A stretch of DNA of 64,000 nucleotides from an uncultured Actinomycetes bacterium (GTDB lineage Bacteria > Actinomycetota > Thermoleophilia > Solirubrobacterales > Solirubrobacteraceae). The notes beneath the pieces are model-generated. The model saw only the letters and a program-made list of their open reading frames with translations. It did not search any database and was not told the DNA's origin. The translations under genes were made by a program, and so were the position numbers. Below are positions 62,814-64,000 of this stretch, piece after piece (positions within the stretch are counted from its first letter, which is position 1; each line of letters opens with the position of its first letter). Location: assembly GCA_963719305.1 (NCBI GenBank), contig CAVRBL010000011.1, positions 388,459 through 452,458 on the forward strand, in the 5' to 3' direction.

Positions 62814-64000
62814 AGGTGGATCCCGTCACCTTCGAGGTGATCCGCCATCGTCTGTGGGCGATCAACGACGAGCAGGGGATGATCGCGGCACGGCTGTCGG
62901 GCTCACCTGTGGTGTACGAAGCCCTCGACATGAACTCGGGGCTGTTGACAGCCAATGGCGAGCAACTGTTCACAGGCGTCTACATCCTCACCCACGCCGC
63001 CGATCTGCAGATCTTCGTTGAGCACGTTCTGGCGCAGTGGCCCTATGAAGACATTCGCGAAGGTGACATGTTCTTCACCAACGATCCCGCTGCGGGCGCC
63101 ATTCACGCCAACGACGGGATCCTCGCCACGCCGATCTTCTGGGAAGGACAGATCGCGTCTTGGGCGGCGATCGTCATGCACGACCCCGACGTCGGGAGTC
63201 CGGTCCCCGGCAGCTTTGTCGTGGGCGCCGCCGATCGCTTTGGAGAGGCTCCCCTGTTTCCGCCGCTGAAGCTGGTCGAGCGGTTTCGCGTCCGAGAGGA
63301 CATCGCGGGCGCGATCAGACGAAACCACCGAACGCCTGAGCAGACCGAATTCCAGGTGCGCGCCAGGATCGCGGCGCTGGAGGTCACACATCAGCGCATC
63401 CACGGGCTGATCCGCGAATACGGCATCGATGTCTTCATGGCCATTCAGGAGGAGATCCTCTCGTACGTGGAGCGCGTCGTTCGCCGCCGGCTCGTGGACA
63501 TACCCGATGGGTCCTGGTGCGACGAGGTCTACATCGATCACGACGGCAACAACAACGTGCTGTACCCCATCCGGTGTCGGCTGATTAAGGCCGGTGGCTC
63601 GCTCGTGGCGGACTTCACGGGCACGGCGGAGCAGGCGCCGGGCTCGATCAACTGTGCGCGCAGTGGACTTGAGGGCGGCCTCTATGCCATGTTCCTGATC
63701 TTCCTGTGCCACGACCTCCCGTGGGCGGCCGGAGCCGCCCGCCGGGTCATCGACATCATCTCCGAGGAGGGTACGGTCAACAACGCGATCGGCGCGGCTG
63801 CTACCAGCATGGCTTCGATCATGGGCTGCCTCGGAACCGTTCAGGTGGCGCATGCCGTGTTCGCGAAGATGCTCCTGTCCGCCAGATCGGCCGCGCTGCG
63901 CTCGGAGGCGCACGCGCCGTGGGTCCCGTTCATAAACGCCAGCGTGCTCGCCGGGACCGATCACGAGGGGCAGCGGTTCGTCTACCCGATGCTCGAGGAC
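62804..64000 (+). CDS. hyuB: Hydantoinase B/oxoprolinase subunit (runs off right edge)
   Basis: VDPVTFEVIRHRLWAINDE, NDP..GAIHAND, MHDPDVG; frame appears open to the window end. Confidence 0.88.
   Translation, partial: MGLKVDPVTFEVIRHRLWAINDEQGMIAARLSGSPVVYEALDMNSGLLTANGEQLFTGVYILTHAADLQIFVEHVLAQWPYEDIREGDMFFTNDPAAGAIHANDGILATPIFWEGQIASWAAIVMHDPDVGSPVPGSFVVGAADRFGEAPLFPPLKLVERFRVREDIAGAIRRNHRTPEQTEFQVRARIAALEVTHQRIHGLIREYGIDVFMAIQEEILSYVERVVRRRLVDIPDGSWCDEVYIDHDGNNNVLYPIRCRLIKAGGSLVADFTGTAEQAPGSINCARSGLEGGLYAMFLIFLCHDLPWAAGAARRVIDIISEEGTVNNAIGAAATSMASIMGCLGTVQVAHAVFAKMLLSARSAALRSEAHAPWVPFINASVLAGTDHEGQRFVYPMLED

Noticed and set aside
5679-63964. Many long antisense or overlapping ORFs (e.g. 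6983-8491, 16650-17864, 56897-58036, 62903-63964)
   Set aside because: They are Arg/Ala/Pro-rich shadow frames of real genes in high-GC DNA, with no recognisable motifs.
1-64000. About 15 frameshifted genes read as mass pseudogenisation or programmed frameshifting
   Set aside because: The indels are scattered single bases, motifs are intact on both sides and no shared slippery site is evident; this is typical of long-read error. Read polishing would settle it.
1-64000. CRISPR arrays, tRNA/rRNA genes, IS elements, phage or defence genes
   Set aside because: No periodic repeats, RNA gene signatures or recombinase/transposase motifs were seen, and intergenic space is minimal.

Overview
This is a high-GC, gene-dense 64 kb window that looks actinobacterial (Thermoleophilia/Solirubrobacterales-like; inference). 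It is almost entirely an accessory catabolic region. It holds two ABC importers, an MFS transporter, three HyuA and four HyuB hydantoinase/oxoprolinase subunits, five luciferase-like (LLM) flavin oxidoreductases, four M24-fold hydrolases and two amidases. It also holds two FAD monooxygenases, two phytoene-desaturase-like flavoproteins, two ketopantoate-reductase-like enzymes, a LeuA-type synthase, a CoA ligase, a CoA transferase/thiolase/DUF35 module, and two GntR plus one LysR regulators. Main highlights: (1) a HOD/QDO/AqdC-type cofactor-independent ring-cleaving dioxygenase with an altered pocket, in an operon with a flavin monooxygenase and a CoA ligase; (2) an AT-rich motif (TTTGATCAAATGTCAA-like) in seven intergenic regions over 43 kb, suggesting one large regulon; (3) a ~80 bp direct repeat bracketing a 7.6 kb gene block; (4) two HyuB paralogs fused to an acetone-carboxylase-gamma-like Cys4 domain that flank one HyuA; (5) several hydrolases/racemases with non-canonical catalytic residues. 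About 15 genes carry 1-bp frameshifts, most likely long-read indel errors. I saw no rRNA, tRNA, CRISPR array, transposase or integrase. All family assignments come from motif recognition by eye, not from database searches.
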